From a virus, in IMG/VR virus record IMGVR_UViG_3300044949_001773, positions 67,810 to 131,809 of that record: 64,000 nucleotides of DNA; one strand, given 5' to 3'. Made by a program: the position numbers and the translations under genes. The first letter of the stretch is position 1; every line of letters starts with the position of its first letter. Shown here in pieces: positions 1 through 9,777 of the stretch. The notes beneath the pieces were generated by a model. The model did no database searches and was not told the DNA's origin. It saw only the letters and a program-made list of their open reading frames with translations.

Positions 1-1
1 A

Positions 2-1063
2 ATGGGAGTCCCATCACAAGAAGCGGATAAAAATAAAGTGGTGGAAAATTTATCCGAAATACTAAAAAAAATTCCAAGCTTAAATGGGTTGTTTTTTGAT
101 ATTGAAAATGCTATAAAGAATTTAATACCTGGAGGTGGTGGAGCAACTGGAGGAGAAGCAGCTGGTCAATTAATTCCAGGAGATGCGCCTCCAGAAATTA
201 AAGCCTTAATGTCTACTATTTCTGGCGGTGAAGGGGGACCCAATTCTGTACAGGGAATTGGAGAGGTTCCGGGTCTTTCGGATATGACTATAGATCAGGC
301 AATAGCTAAAGCTAAATCTTATATTGGTAAAGGATCTGAAACTGGAGCATTGGGAGCATTTCAATTTCATTCCTCATATCTAAGGGAAAGGGCGGTTTCT
401 GCAGGATTAAATCCGGCAATTGAAAAGTTTAGTATGGAAAATCAAATTAAAATAATGCGTAATTTTATGGCAGTTGTTTATGGAGAAGGTGGTGAAGTAA
501 AACTATTAGAGTCATTAAAGTCTGGTGGATTACAAACTGATGTATTTCCAAAACTTTCTAGAAATCTTGGTTGGCCATCTTTACCTGGAGGTAGTCAACC
601 TAATGTACACACGCCTCAAGCAGCTTCTAGATATCAAAAATATCTTCAAAAATACTCTCAAGGTGGGGGAACTATGCCTTCGCCATCAACCCCATCCCCA
701 GCCCCAACACAATCTCCAGCACCAGCCCCAGCAGCTACTTTAATACCATCTGGCACGCCATCGCAAATATCTTCAGATAGCCCTAGTGATTCAATTACTG
801 CAGCTGAAAAAATCGATACTGTTCAAATTCAATCATCCCAATCTCAAGCAAGATCTCCGGAACCTATTCAACAATATGCCAATTATGAAAAACCATCACA
901 AGGGCAAGGAGCAATTGTTTTATTACCCGGAAAATCTCAATCACCAATGCCGATGAACAGTGGTGGGGAGGGTGCCATGCCTTCCGTTACAATTTCTCAA
1001 ACTGACATATTAAATAGTTACTACAGAGCTCAATTAATGGGATTCTTATATAAACAAGGATAA
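2..1063 (+). CDS. Tail-associated lysozyme/lytic transglycosylase-like protein (probably 5'-truncated by the window)
   Basis: Motifs ISGGEG, MTIDQAI, ALGAFQF, KFSMENQ and WPSLPG resemble lambda R-like muramidases; Pro/Ser-rich linker; directly upstream of the baseplate hub gene. Confidence 0.6.
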   Translation: MGVPSQEADKNKVVENLSEILKKIPSLNGLFFDIENAIKNLIPGGGGATGGEAAGQLIPGDAPPEIKALMSTISGGEGGPNSVQGIGEVPGLSDMTIDQAIAKAKSYIGKGSETGALGAFQFHSSYLRERAVSAGLNPAIEKFSMENQIKIMRNFMAVVYGEGGEVKLLESLKSGGLQTDVFPKLSRNLGWPSLPGGSQPNVHTPQAASRYQKYLQKYSQGGGTMPSPSTPSPAPTQSPAPAPAATLIPSGTPSQISSDSPSDSITAAEKIDTVQIQSSQSQARSPEPIQQYANYEKPSQGQGAIVLLPGKSQSPMPMNSGGEGAMPSVTISQTDILNSYYRAQLMGFLYKQG

Positions 1064-2406
1064 TGGCAAATAATTCAGCAACTAGAACTGGCAGTATTAA
1101 TCAGTTTCAACTTTTCCAGGCAAAAGATAATGGAGAATCAGTAGATCTTTCTGCCGCAGCTCCTGATATAAGATATTATGAAAGCGTCTTATCAAATTCA
1201 GTTACTTTGACGGCAACAGTCATTGAGACTGGATTTAGAGATAAAAAATTTAATAACGAGGTAAATTCATCTGGTATTATAGATTCTTTACCTATTAGGG
1301 GAGGAGAACAAGGTTTTATTGAATTGGAGGATAATCAACCAGAAAAAAATAAATTAAAATTTAAAAATGACAATGCGTTTTATGTAAATAGAGTTCGTAA
1401 TATCAATCCAGGCACTCAAAAAGATTTATTTTTCTTAGATTTTTCAACTAGAGAATTTATTTCAAATGAGCAAAGTAGAGTTTTGAAAAGGTTTGATGGA
1501 TCAATATCCGATAATGTAAGAAGGATACTTTCTGACTCAAATGGATTGAAAACTAAAAAAAATATTGAGGTAGATGAGACTCAAAATAATTATAACTTTA
1601 TAGGAAATACAAGAAAACCGTTTTATGTTTGCACTTGGTTAGCATCAAAGTCGGCTCCAAAAATTGGTGGAAAAGTAGGAGGAACTGCTGGTTATCTTTT
1701 CTATGAAACTTATGATGGATTTAAATTCAAATCTATTGATAAACTATTTGAACAAAAACCAGTAAGAAAATATCTATACACAAATACCGCAGATATTCTT
1801 CCTGGATATGATGATAAGGTATTGTCATATAATATAGAAAGAGATATTGATCTTCAACAAAATTTAACTCTAGGAACATACTCAAATACAAGTATATTTT
1901 TTGATTTTTATAGATTTCAGTATCAAGAAAGAAAATTTAATGTTGATGATAATCAGAAAGACGTAATAAAAAATGCCGGTTCTAATGACATCCGTTATGT
2001 TGCCGATCAATTTAGAACTCCGGTTTCAAGGTTAATGAATCATGTATTAGATATCGGAACTTTGCCAGATGGAACCAATGTTGAGGAACAATTGAAAAAT
2101 TGGAAAAATAGTCCAGAAACATCAACTTATGACGCAACAAATATTATGGTTCAGAGTATTATGAGATATAATCAGATGTTTACCATAAAAGTAAATATTG
2201 TTGTGCCTGGAGATTTTAGTTTAAGAGCCGGTGATCTCATACATTGTGATTTTCCAGAATTGTCAACAGATAAGAACTCGGGCATGAATAAGCAAAGTAG
2301 TGGCATATATATGATAGCTAGTCTATGTCATAGAATAACAACATCAGACACTTTTACGAGTTTGACTCTTGTGAGAGACACATTTGGAAGAAAACCAATT
2401 AAATGA
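1063..2406 (+). CDS. Baseplate hub protein (T4 gp27 / late control D-like)
   Basis: 447 aa; IRYYES..., GYLFYETYDGFKFKSIDKL and VPGDFSLRAGDLI...SGIYMIASLCH motifs typical of T4-like hub proteins; upstream of the gp5-like gene. Confidence 0.65.
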   Translation: MANNSATRTGSINQFQLFQAKDNGESVDLSAAAPDIRYYESVLSNSVTLTATVIETGFRDKKFNNEVNSSGIIDSLPIRGGEQGFIELEDNQPEKNKLKFKNDNAFYVNRVRNINPGTQKDLFFLDFSTREFISNEQSRVLKRFDGSISDNVRRILSDSNGLKTKKNIEVDETQNNYNFIGNTRKPFYVCTWLASKSAPKIGGKVGGTAGYLFYETYDGFKFKSIDKLFEQKPVRKYLYTNTADILPGYDDKVLSYNIERDIDLQQNLTLGTYSNTSIFFDFYRFQYQERKFNVDDNQKDVIKNAGSNDIRYVADQFRTPVSRLMNHVLDIGTLPDGTNVEEQLKNWKNSPETSTYDATNIMVQSIMRYNQMFTIKVNIVVPGDFSLRAGDLIHCDFPELSTDKNSGMNKQSSGIYMIASLCHRITTSDTFTSLTLVRDTFGRKPIK

Positions 2407-2627
2407 ATATGGAAAAGAAAACTTTACAGCAACATATGGAAGAAGATAGAGAGAAACTATCTGACCCAAATATCAATCCTCAAAGCAGAAGACATTATGA
2501 GGATGAATTGACTCAATTAGAGGCATATCAAGAGAAGCATCCAAAAGAAACTAAAGATCCAACATCATTGGAACTTTATTGTGATTCAAATCCAGATGCA
2601 CCAGAATGTAAAGTATATGAAGTATAA
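2403..2627 (+). CDS. cp12: CP12 Calvin-cycle inhibitor (phage auxiliary metabolic gene)
   Basis: C-terminal PTSLELYCDSNPDAPECKVYE is the CP12 C-terminal Cys-pair motif; N-terminal Cys pair absent, as in cyanophage CP12s; real start may be 2409. Confidence 0.9.
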   Translation: MNMEKKTLQQHMEEDREKLSDPNINPQSRRHYEDELTQLEAYQEKHPKETKDPTSLELYCDSNPDAPECKVYEV

Positions 2628-4885
2628 TGATTGAACAGGGTTTTTTAAAGAAACATTTTGTAGGTCGTGATGGGTTTATTTGGTGGATAGGTCAGGTTGT
2701 AAAAGAATCCGAATGGGTTGTTAATCATCCAGGAAATAGAACTCCGACTACAAATGATCATAAGGGATTTGATTATCGTTATAAAGTTCGCATCATGGGA
2801 TACCACCCAGAGGAGGTTACTGATGCGGATCTTCCTTGGGCTTCAATTATGCTTCCTGTCACTGCTGGTTCTGGAGCAAGGGGTTCTTCATGCTCTCCAG
2901 CATTAAGTCAGGGCGATTTTGTTTATGGATTTTTTCTTGATGGAGAAGATGCCCAGACTCCTATTATTATGGGAATTATTGGCAATAATCAATATGTTTC
3001 TATATTAAAGTCACCATCCCAATCAATCTTTCTACCATTTTCTGGATTTACAAACAGAGATACTGTTCCTAGATATGCTCTTCCTCTAGAAAATGAAGAT
3101 GGAAAAGCAAAGCAACAGACTAATCCGGAATCATCAAAATCTACAACAAACAAAACGGCAATTGAATCTAATGTCGGTCTTGAAGGTAGAACTGATGGCG
3201 CATCCAAACAGCAAATGGATGAAGGAAAAAGAAAAATACCATTACAAAGAACTTCTGATTGCGAACCGGTTCCTTTAAGCAAAATACAAACTTCTATAAA
3301 AAACTTGATTGCCGATATTCAAAAAATAAGAAAATCTGCGTCTGATTGGAAAACAAAAGTATCTACTAAAATTGACAATATTGAAACGCAAATTAAAAAG
3401 AAAATTGATGATGCTGCTGGATATATTACTGGGGGTATTAAATGGCTGATTTCAGAGGTTAAAAAATATATAACAAAAAAAGTAAATGATACTTTAAAAG
3501 ATACTTACTATGCGATTTTTCCAAATCAGCGTCCGAAGTTAAAGGAAGCCGTTGAAAAATGCAATAATCTTATTGCTTGCTTGTTTAGAAAGATAATTAG
3601 CAACCTACTAAAAATGGTAGGTAAATTTTTATTGGAAGCAGCAGATAAATTTATCACCACTCCTCTTTGTGCTGTTGAGAATTTTGTTGGAGCATTGGTT
3701 GGAAAATTAACAAATCTTATAACATCGGCATTAGACGCAATCTTAGCCCCAATCAAAGCAATACTTGGAGTATTTGATTTAGCAGATGGAATCTTAAGTT
3801 TTGTAATTGATCTATTGAGTTTCTTATCTTGCGACGAAAAGCCAAACTGCGCAGAAATTAAAGAGTGGAGTATTTGGGATGGTCCATCAAATCTCCCTTC
3901 TATAGACTTAAGCTCTTTAGTTGGAAAAGTTAAATCGTTTGCTAATTCAGTTAAACAAAGCATCAATCCAGATAATTTTGATTTTGATTTAGATTTTAGT
4001 GATGTTTTTCAAGATACATGTAACGTTGGAGCATTGTTCTGCGGACCTCCAAACGTTGAATTTTTTGGAGGTGGTGGATCTGGAGCTGCTGGAAATGCAA
4101 TTATCGGAGCTGCTGGAAATATTTTAGGAGTGGATATTATTACTCCAGGTTCTGGATACACTGAAAGTCCATTTGTAAATTTTGTAGACCCATGCGGAAA
4201 GGGAAGGGGTGCTGTAGGAAGAGTTAGAATTAATTCTAGAGGTGAAGTTGATGATGTTGTTATGGAAGAATCTGGATATGGATACTTAACAGGTCCTGAT
4301 GGAAGTCGTGGAGGAGATGGAAGAGTTTTTGCTGAACCTGGAGATACCATTGTAAAAAGATCCGATGGAAAATATGACTTACCATATTCCGCAGGAGACC
4401 TTATAAATTTACTTCCCGGAGATGAAGTACAATCTTGTTCAAAAGCACCGTATACTGTATCAGAAGCTGGAACTATTGTAGCTCCTTATTGTTCTGATAC
4501 TATTCCAGTAGTTCCAGATACGAATCTCCCATTGAATGATGAAGGAAAATATCCAGTTGTACTTGAAATAAAAGACATATATATTTCTGATCCTGGATTT
4601 AATTATGATGAAAAAGACAATGTTGTTGTTTCTGAAGGGGATGTTGATTTGACAATAAATGTTGATGATGTTGGATCTGTAACAAAGGTAAATGTAAATA
4701 AATCAGGAGTTGGATTTAGAAATATTCCAACAATCTTCATTGAGTCTGATACTGGATATAATGCCAAGTTAATACCAGTATTTAATGTTAAAAGAATCGG
4801 CCCTCCAACAGAAGAGGAAATTCAAAGCTCTATATTCTTAGATCATATTACAGTAATAGATTGTGTAGGAAAGTTTAATGTCTAA
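2627..4885 (+). CDS. Baseplate central spike protein, gp5-like (N-terminal OB-fold)
   Basis: FIWWIGQV...RYKVRIMGYH...LPWA...GDFVYGFFLDGEDAQTPIIMG is the gp5 OB-domain signature; long helical middle and Ig-like GSGY repeats; no evident lysozyme domain. Confidence 0.85.
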   Translation: MIEQGFLKKHFVGRDGFIWWIGQVVKESEWVVNHPGNRTPTTNDHKGFDYRYKVRIMGYHPEEVTDADLPWASIMLPVTAGSGARGSSCSPALSQGDFVYGFFLDGEDAQTPIIMGIIGNNQYVSILKSPSQSIFLPFSGFTNRDTVPRYALPLENEDGKAKQQTNPESSKSTTNKTAIESNVGLEGRTDGASKQQMDEGKRKIPLQRTSDCEPVPLSKIQTSIKNLIADIQKIRKSASDWKTKVSTKIDNIETQIKKKIDDAAGYITGGIKWLISEVKKYITKKVNDTLKDTYYAIFPNQRPKLKEAVEKCNNLIACLFRKIISNLLKMVGKFLLEAADKFITTPLCAVENFVGALVGKLTNLITSALDAILAPIKAILGVFDLADGILSFVIDLLSFLSCDEKPNCAEIKEWSIWDGPSNLPSIDLSSLVGKVKSFANSVKQSINPDNFDFDLDFSDVFQDTCNVGALFCGPPNVEFFGGGGSGAAGNAIIGAAGNILGVDIITPGSGYTESPFVNFVDPCGKGRGAVGRVRINSRGEVDDVVMEESGYGYLTGPDGSRGGDGRVFAEPGDTIVKRSDGKYDLPYSAGDLINLLPGDEVQSCSKAPYTVSEAGTIVAPYCSDTIPVVPDTNLPLNDEGKYPVVLEIKDIYISDPGFNYDEKDNVVVSEGDVDLTINVDDVGSVTKVNVNKSGVGFRNIPTIFIESDTGYNAKLIPVFNVKRIGPPTEEEIQSSIFLDHITVIDCVGKFNV

Positions 4886-5465
4886 TAAAATAAATTACCA
4901 CTCATATAGACTTGGTAATGATCATGGAGAAATTCGCTTCGGTCATATTCATGACGATGATGTCCTTGCCGGTTTTATGGTCAGGACAGGTGAAGATGGT
5001 GGGAGACATTATATCCAAATGGAGAGTAGTGGAAGTTCTGAGAAGGGAAGAAAAGGCGGAACTATTTTTTCATCTCCAGGATCTCATGAAATAGTTTGCG
5101 GAAAAGATGTAAACAAAGGGATCCCAGCATTCATCACTGTTGCCGAGAATGGAGATATAGTACTTAATGCCGAAAAAGGCAGAATTAGAATAATTGCGGA
5201 AAATATTGATCTTATTGCTACTGGAAATGATGGCAAGAATGGGGTCATTACTCTTGACGGAAATGAAAAAGTAATTGTTAAAGCTCCAATTATTGACGTA
5301 AGGTCAACGACTTCTACAAAAATTTTTTCAGAACAAACTGTAGATGTTATTGGTAAAGCCATATTAAATATATACGGCGGACTCATTGATGCTGCTGATG
5401 GAGCAACTAAAGTAAATGGTTCTAAAGGTGGAAAATATTCAAATGAACAGAGGTTTAAAAAATGA
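4878..5465 (+). CDS. Baseplate spike-associated protein (possible gp5 beta-helix-like part)
   Basis: Overlaps the gp5 stop; beta-strand-rich repeats (AENGDIVLNAEKGRIRIIAENIDL). Confidence 0.5.
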   Translation: MSNKINYHSYRLGNDHGEIRFGHIHDDDVLAGFMVRTGEDGGRHYIQMESSGSSEKGRKGGTIFSSPGSHEIVCGKDVNKGIPAFITVAENGDIVLNAEKGRIRIIAENIDLIATGNDGKNGVITLDGNEKVIVKAPIIDVRSTTSTKIFSEQTVDVIGKAILNIYGGLIDAADGATKVNGSKGGKYSNEQRFKK

Positions 5466-5722
5466 AATTACCAAAATCCAATTCTTATGACTTATTTTTG
5501 AGAGGTAAATTAATTGCTTCTAATGAGATTGATCTTCCACAAGAATGGGAGTCTGTTATTGATGTCAAGTCAATTACAGTTTGTATCACTCCTATTGGAG
5601 CCACTCAAAATATTATAATTAAACGAGTAGACACTAAGAAAGTATATTTACAAAGCAGCGGAATCCCTATAGAATGTTATTATCATATTTACGCAGATAA
5701 AAAGAAAAATGAAAGTACCTGA
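5462..5722 (+). CDS. Hypothetical protein, paralog of the C-terminal domain of the next two genes
   Basis: RGKL...IDLP..W....D..SITV..T.IG..Q motif shared with 5709..6479 and 6484..7110. Confidence 0.6.
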   Translation: MKLPKSNSYDLFLRGKLIASNEIDLPQEWESVIDVKSITVCITPIGATQNIIIKRVDTKKVYLQSSGIPIECYYHIYADKKKNEST

Positions 5723-6479
5723 TTTATTTGTTGGAAAAAGATTATTTGTTGGAGAAGGTAATCCAATTGCTTTAGGACTTGGCCCAAAAGAAGCAAGAGG
5801 ATCTGCTTACCTTGAAGGTCCAGTTATTATGGGAGATCCTGGTAGCTTTCCAATCGTAAATGCTACAGTGATGATTGGACCGAATATTAACAGCGAATCT
5901 AGTGTTCCAGTCGTTCTTGGTGGATTATGCACTCCATTACACAATCCGTATTCTCTTTGTGTTACTGGAGACGCAGCAATATTTGACAATTTAGATGTCC
6001 AATTAAACATTGCTGCTGGTAATAATATTATTGCTCAGGGAGAAGTAATGTCCCGTTGTGGTGGACATATTCTTTCTGCTAAAAAGAACTTTGACATTCC
6101 GCACCCAACAAAAGATGGATGGAGATTGCGGCATACTTGTCCAGAAGGACCATCTAATGATGTTTATGTAAGAGGTAAAATTAAGGGATCCGATACAATA
6201 GAACTTCCGGATTATTGGATTGGATTTGTGGATCCAGAAAGTATTACAGTATCTTTAACTGCAATTGGCTCTTATCAGAATGTGATTGTAGAAAAAATAG
6301 AAAATAATAAAGTATATTTAAAATCAGAGACATCAATCAATTGTCATTATCATATTTTTGCCGAAAGGATTGATGGTGAAAAATTAATTACCGAATATGA
6401 GGGAAATACTCCAGCCGATTATCCGGGTAATAATCAAGAATATTCTGTATCAGGATTCCACTACGATATTAAGGAGTGA
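5709..6479 (+). CDS. Conserved cyanophage-type baseplate-region protein (FDIPHP...LRH.C.EGP domain)
   Basis: 256-aa ORF, translationally coupled; C-terminal domain paralogous to 6484..7110. Confidence 0.7.
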   Translation: MKVPDLFVGKRLFVGEGNPIALGLGPKEARGSAYLEGPVIMGDPGSFPIVNATVMIGPNINSESSVPVVLGGLCTPLHNPYSLCVTGDAAIFDNLDVQLNIAAGNNIIAQGEVMSRCGGHILSAKKNFDIPHPTKDGWRLRHTCPEGPSNDVYVRGKIKGSDTIELPDYWIGFVDPESITVSLTAIGSYQNVIVEKIENNKVYLKSETSINCHYHIFAERIDGEKLITEYEGNTPADYPGNNQEYSVSGFHYDIKE

Positions 6480-6483
6480 TTAA

Positions 6484-7110
6484 ATGTCTAACAAATTTAA
6501 GCCAAAATCCACTAAAAATAATAATTGTGACGATCCAATAACAGGCATTGCCCATCCAAGTTTTGATTATATTCATAGAACCACTACAGGAGATGATGAC
6601 TATCCGATAGAAGCGTGTCCAAGATACCTTCAAGTTAATGCTAAATTTGATAATTTAAATGTATCAGGAACTGTACAAGCAACTACTTTTCAGGGAACAA
6701 TTAATGTCCAATCTTGGAAAGGATTTGATATTAAACATCCAAACAAAAAAAATTATCGCTTAAGGCATATTTGCTTAGAGGGACCAGAAGCAGGAGTTTA
6801 TTATAGGGGAAGACTTACTAATTCAAATATCATCAATATCCCCGAATATTGGTATGGTCTTATTGATCCAGAAACTATAACCGTAACGCTAACACAAATT
6901 GGATATTCTCAAGATTTAATTATTGATAAAATTGAATGGGGACGTATTATTCGTATTAGATCAGGAAATGGTGCCAATATAGATTGTTATTATACTATTC
7001 ATGCAGCTCGTGTTGATGGAGATCCTCTTATTATAGAATATGAGGGAGAAACGCCTAATGATTATCCAGGAAATTCTTCTCAATTTTCTATTTCTGGACA
7101 CGACTATTGA
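6484..7110 (+). CDS. Conserved cyanophage-type baseplate-region protein (FDIKHP...LRHICLEGPE domain)
   Basis: 208-aa ORF; ends EYEGETPNDYPGN like the preceding gene (EYEGNTPADYPGN). Confidence 0.7.
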   Translation: MSNKFKPKSTKNNNCDDPITGIAHPSFDYIHRTTTGDDDYPIEACPRYLQVNAKFDNLNVSGTVQATTFQGTINVQSWKGFDIKHPNKKNYRLRHICLEGPEAGVYYRGRLTNSNIINIPEYWYGLIDPETITVTLTQIGYSQDLIIDKIEWGRIIRIRSGNGANIDCYYTIHAARVDGDPLIIEYEGETPNDYPGNSSQFSISGHDY

Positions 7111-7113
7111 TAT

Positions 7114-7121
7114 TATAAATA
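7114..7121 (+). promoter_or_regulatory. T4-type late promoter TATAAATA
   Basis: Exact TATAAATA in intergenic DNA just upstream of ATG 7140. Confidence 0.75.
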
Positions 7122-7139
7122 TCTAAAAAATGACTTAAA

Positions 7140-7697
7140 ATGGCATTTGTAGGATTAAATACGGGATCTAGTCCAAACTCGGGAGATGGAGATAGTTTAC
7201 TTCAAGGTGCTATTAAAATTAACTCTGCCTTTAATGAGCTTTATACCGCACTTGGAGACGGTTCAAATTTACAGATTACAAGTGATAAAGTATCTGAAGG
7301 AAATAATAATTTATATTTCACAAATGAAAGGGCGCAAGATACCATTGGGGAAGCAATCAATAATGGAACAAAAACTGGCATATCAGTAACTTATGATGAT
7401 GCTACCAATAAAATAAATTTCTCCAATTATACTATTACAACCACATCAACTGGAAAAACTTTATCAAATCTTGAGTATTGTACAACAACTGCTAATAATA
7501 TTTCACTGGTTCTTCCCGCAAGTCCTTCTGTTGGAAATAGAGTAATGGTTGGAGTTGGTGGAAATTTTGCTAATATAAAGATTGAAAGAAATGGAAGTAA
7601 TATTATGGGAATTGCTGAGGATATGACTATTGATTTTCCTTATATTACTCTAGATTTAATATATATTAATAGCGCACTAGGATGGAGAATAAGCTAA
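7140..7697 (+). CDS. Baseplate/short-fibre adaptor with gp9/gp10-like N-terminus
   Basis: N-terminal GSSPNSGDGDSL..GAIKINSAFNELY resembles the T4 gp9/gp10 N-terminal motif; C-terminal domain paralogous to 18886..19359. Confidence 0.6.
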   Translation: MAFVGLNTGSSPNSGDGDSLLQGAIKINSAFNELYTALGDGSNLQITSDKVSEGNNNLYFTNERAQDTIGEAINNGTKTGISVTYDDATNKINFSNYTITTTSTGKTLSNLEYCTTTANNISLVLPASPSVGNRVMVGVGGNFANIKIERNGSNIMGIAEDMTIDFPYITLDLIYINSALGWRIS

Positions 7698-7698
7698 T

Positions 7699-8625
7699 AT
7701 GAGTACCTTAAGTCAATTTTTTGGTAATAGGGGTAGTAGTGAAATTGTACCTATTGAAGTGTGTCTTATTGGAGGCGGAGGAGGTGGCGGTTGCGATACC
7801 ACTAATTCTCCCGGAGGAGGTGCTGGCCAAGTTAGATATCTTTTATTAAATGTAAATAAAGGTATCCAATACGATATTATCATAGGCGCAGGTGGAAGAG
7901 GTGGTAGTGTAAATCATGAACCAAATACGCCATTAAATGGTGAGCCAACTTATTTCGGATCTTACTTTGCCGATGGAGGAAATGGATACGGTCAACCTAC
8001 AACATTTGGATCAACCGCAGGAGCTTTGCCTGGTGTAACTCCACCCTCTGTAGTTTTTAATTCAAGCCAATCTGCAGATGGATTTTCTTTACAGAGAAGT
8101 GGAAATGTTGGGTTTTTTGGAACTGAATACGAAGTATCTACTTCTGATCCGGATGGACCAATTGGTGGCGGTGGAGGTGGAGCAGGCGGCCCATCCCCAA
8201 TCAAAAAGCTATTGGATTTTAATGAATTTCAGGGAACATCTGGCGATGGTCATCTTGGAATTAATTTATCATTTATAGGATATCCAACACTTAGGGTTGC
8301 TGGTGGAGGCGGTGGAGCAGGATCTTCTACTAATAATAGTTCTAGGGGGTCCGGTGTTGATGGAGGTGGCAGTGGCGGTAGTCGAAATAATCCTGCCGGA
8401 AACGGAACAGCAAACACTGGCGGTGGAGGCGGTGGAGGTAATAGAAGTACTACTTATCCTGTGCCAAGTCTTCTTGGAGGTGGCAAAGGCGGATCGGGAC
8501 TTGTTATTATAAGATATCCGGACGATTATCCAGCTGCAACTGTAAATAATAACGCGACTACGCCAGCGCAGTCTGGGTTTAGAGTTTATCGATGGAATGC
8601 TTCTGGGTCAATAATTTTTAATTAA
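7699..8625 (+). CDS. Glycine-rich virion/receptor-binding protein
   Basis: Multiple GGGGG runs, ANTGGGGGG and GGSGLVIIRYP motif of phage glycine-rich (polyglycine II) domains. Confidence 0.7.
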   Translation: MSTLSQFFGNRGSSEIVPIEVCLIGGGGGGGCDTTNSPGGGAGQVRYLLLNVNKGIQYDIIIGAGGRGGSVNHEPNTPLNGEPTYFGSYFADGGNGYGQPTTFGSTAGALPGVTPPSVVFNSSQSADGFSLQRSGNVGFFGTEYEVSTSDPDGPIGGGGGGAGGPSPIKKLLDFNEFQGTSGDGHLGINLSFIGYPTLRVAGGGGGAGSSTNNSSRGSGVDGGGSGGSRNNPAGNGTANTGGGGGGGNRSTTYPVPSLLGGGKGGSGLVIIRYPDDYPAATVNNNATTPAQSGFRVYRWNASGSIIFN

Positions 8626-8630
8626 AGGCA

Positions 8631-8659
8631 TTGACATCCTTCCAAGAGTGTCCTATACT
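8631..8659 (+). promoter_or_regulatory. Sigma70-type (early) promoter
   Basis: TTGACA (8631-8636) - 17 nt - TATACT (8654-8659) upstream of ATG 8685. Confidence 0.8.
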
Positions 8660-8684
8660 ACGTTCGTAAACACGAAATCATTCA

Positions 8685-8867
8685 ATGCGAGACGAGTACC
8701 TGACACGCTGTGTTGTAGATCCCATTAAGCGCACTGTATATCTTTATTCTAATGAAGGATCTACAAAAGAAGTGGTCTGTGAAACGGTGGATGAATTTAT
8801 GAATGTATTAGAGTTTGTTCGTTCTACAGTAGATGAAGAAACTCTTTCATATGCATCTCCACTATAA
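8685..8867 (+). CDS. Small hypothetical protein
   Basis: 60-aa ORF directly downstream of the sigma70 promoter. Confidence 0.7.
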   Translation: MRDEYLTRCVVDPIKRTVYLYSNEGSTKEVVCETVDEFMNVLEFVRSTVDEETLSYASPL

Positions 8868-8906
8868 TATCTTAGCATAAATATTGAATGTACGAGGAAC
8901 TTCCAT

Positions 8907-9176
8907 ATGAAGTACAGAATAGATACTACATATGCTTGGTACAATAATAAGTCTATTATAGTCTTTATGTATTTTATCAATGGTGTTCCTTTTACATTTG
9001 ATGACATTCCTGACAGTTACATGTATGATTGCGAAGTATTAGAAATCGCAGACAATAATAGAACTTTTGAGCCTGAAGATTTGTACAAAGCATCATTTTA
9101 TTTAATTGATGAAGAATGTCATCCTATGTTATTTGAAGTTGAACTTGAAAATCCAGAAATGTTACCGGTAGATTAA
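8907..9176 (+). CDS. Small acidic hypothetical protein
   Basis: 89-aa ORF; ATAAATA at 8877-8883 and GAGGA RBS upstream. Confidence 0.7.
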   Translation: MKYRIDTTYAWYNNKSIIVFMYFINGVPFTFDDIPDSYMYDCEVLEIADNNRTFEPEDLYKASFYLIDEECHPMLFEVELENPEMLPVD

Positions 9177-9184
9177 GAGGTATT

Positions 9185-9355
9185 ATGTCATTAATATCAC
9201 AGCAAGATCGCAAAAATGTTGTTGAAGCTTTGGACTTTTATCTCTTCAGCAAAGGACCAGATTTTGCGGAAGAGAAAAGAGCGGAGTTTAATGCTCTTCT
9301 CAATTGGATTAAACTAGAACATTTCAAACATGAAGATTCAAATCTGGTACTGTAA
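9185..9355 (+). CDS. Small hypothetical protein (56 aa, MSLISQQDRKNVVEALDFYL...), not in the ORF track
   Basis: Translated by hand; GAGG RBS upstream; fills the gap after 9176. Confidence 0.6.
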   Translation: MSLISQQDRKNVVEALDFYLFSKGPDFAEEKRAEFNALLNWIKLEHFKHEDSNLVL

Positions 9356-9500
9356 GGAAATGACTCTGTGGAGATGGGTAGTTACGGATTCTTCCAGACC
9401 AATATGTAAACAAGAATCTGGTCAGAACCAAGATTTTCATAAAGCTTTAACAGAAGTTGAATCTATTATAAATTATTTTATAGATATAAAGAATAAATAA
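9330..9500 (+). CDS. Small hypothetical protein (56 aa, MKIQIWYCKEMTLWRWVVTD...), not in the ORF track
   Basis: Translated by hand; stop TAA at 9498-9500 abuts ATG 9501. Confidence 0.6.
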   Translation: MKIQIWYCKEMTLWRWVVTDSSRPICKQESGQNQDFHKALTEVESIINYFIDIKNK

Positions 9501-9746
9501 ATGCTTACTTATAGAGAATTTTACGAGATTTGCGAGGGAAAAAAATCAACAGATCCCCCTCACGCAGTTCCGGGATCTGTTAAAGATTTGGGAGATGGTG
9601 CTAGAACTTATACTCTTCAATCTTATACCGGCCCTTCAGGACCACCATCTAAAAAAGAAATAGAAAAAACAGTAATTAGTAAAAGCGGTGGTAAAGAAGT
9701 GAAGAAATATGTTAAAGCAAGAGATAAGAAGAAGAAAAATCCTTGA
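9501..9746 (+). CDS. Small basic protein, possible internal head protein
   Basis: N-terminus MLTYREFYE resembles the MKT[FY]xEF capsid-targeting leader of T4-like internal proteins; Lys-rich tail. Confidence 0.55.
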   Translation: MLTYREFYEICEGKKSTDPPHAVPGSVKDLGDGARTYTLQSYTGPSGPPSKKEIEKTVISKSGGKEVKKYVKARDKKKKNP

Positions 9747-9771
9747 CACATATTTAAATTTGACTTATAAT
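9743..9771 (+). promoter_or_regulatory. Perfect-consensus sigma70 promoter
   Basis: TTGACA (9743-9748) - 17 nt - TATAAT (9766-9771). Confidence 0.85.
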
Positions 9772-9777
9772 TATAGT

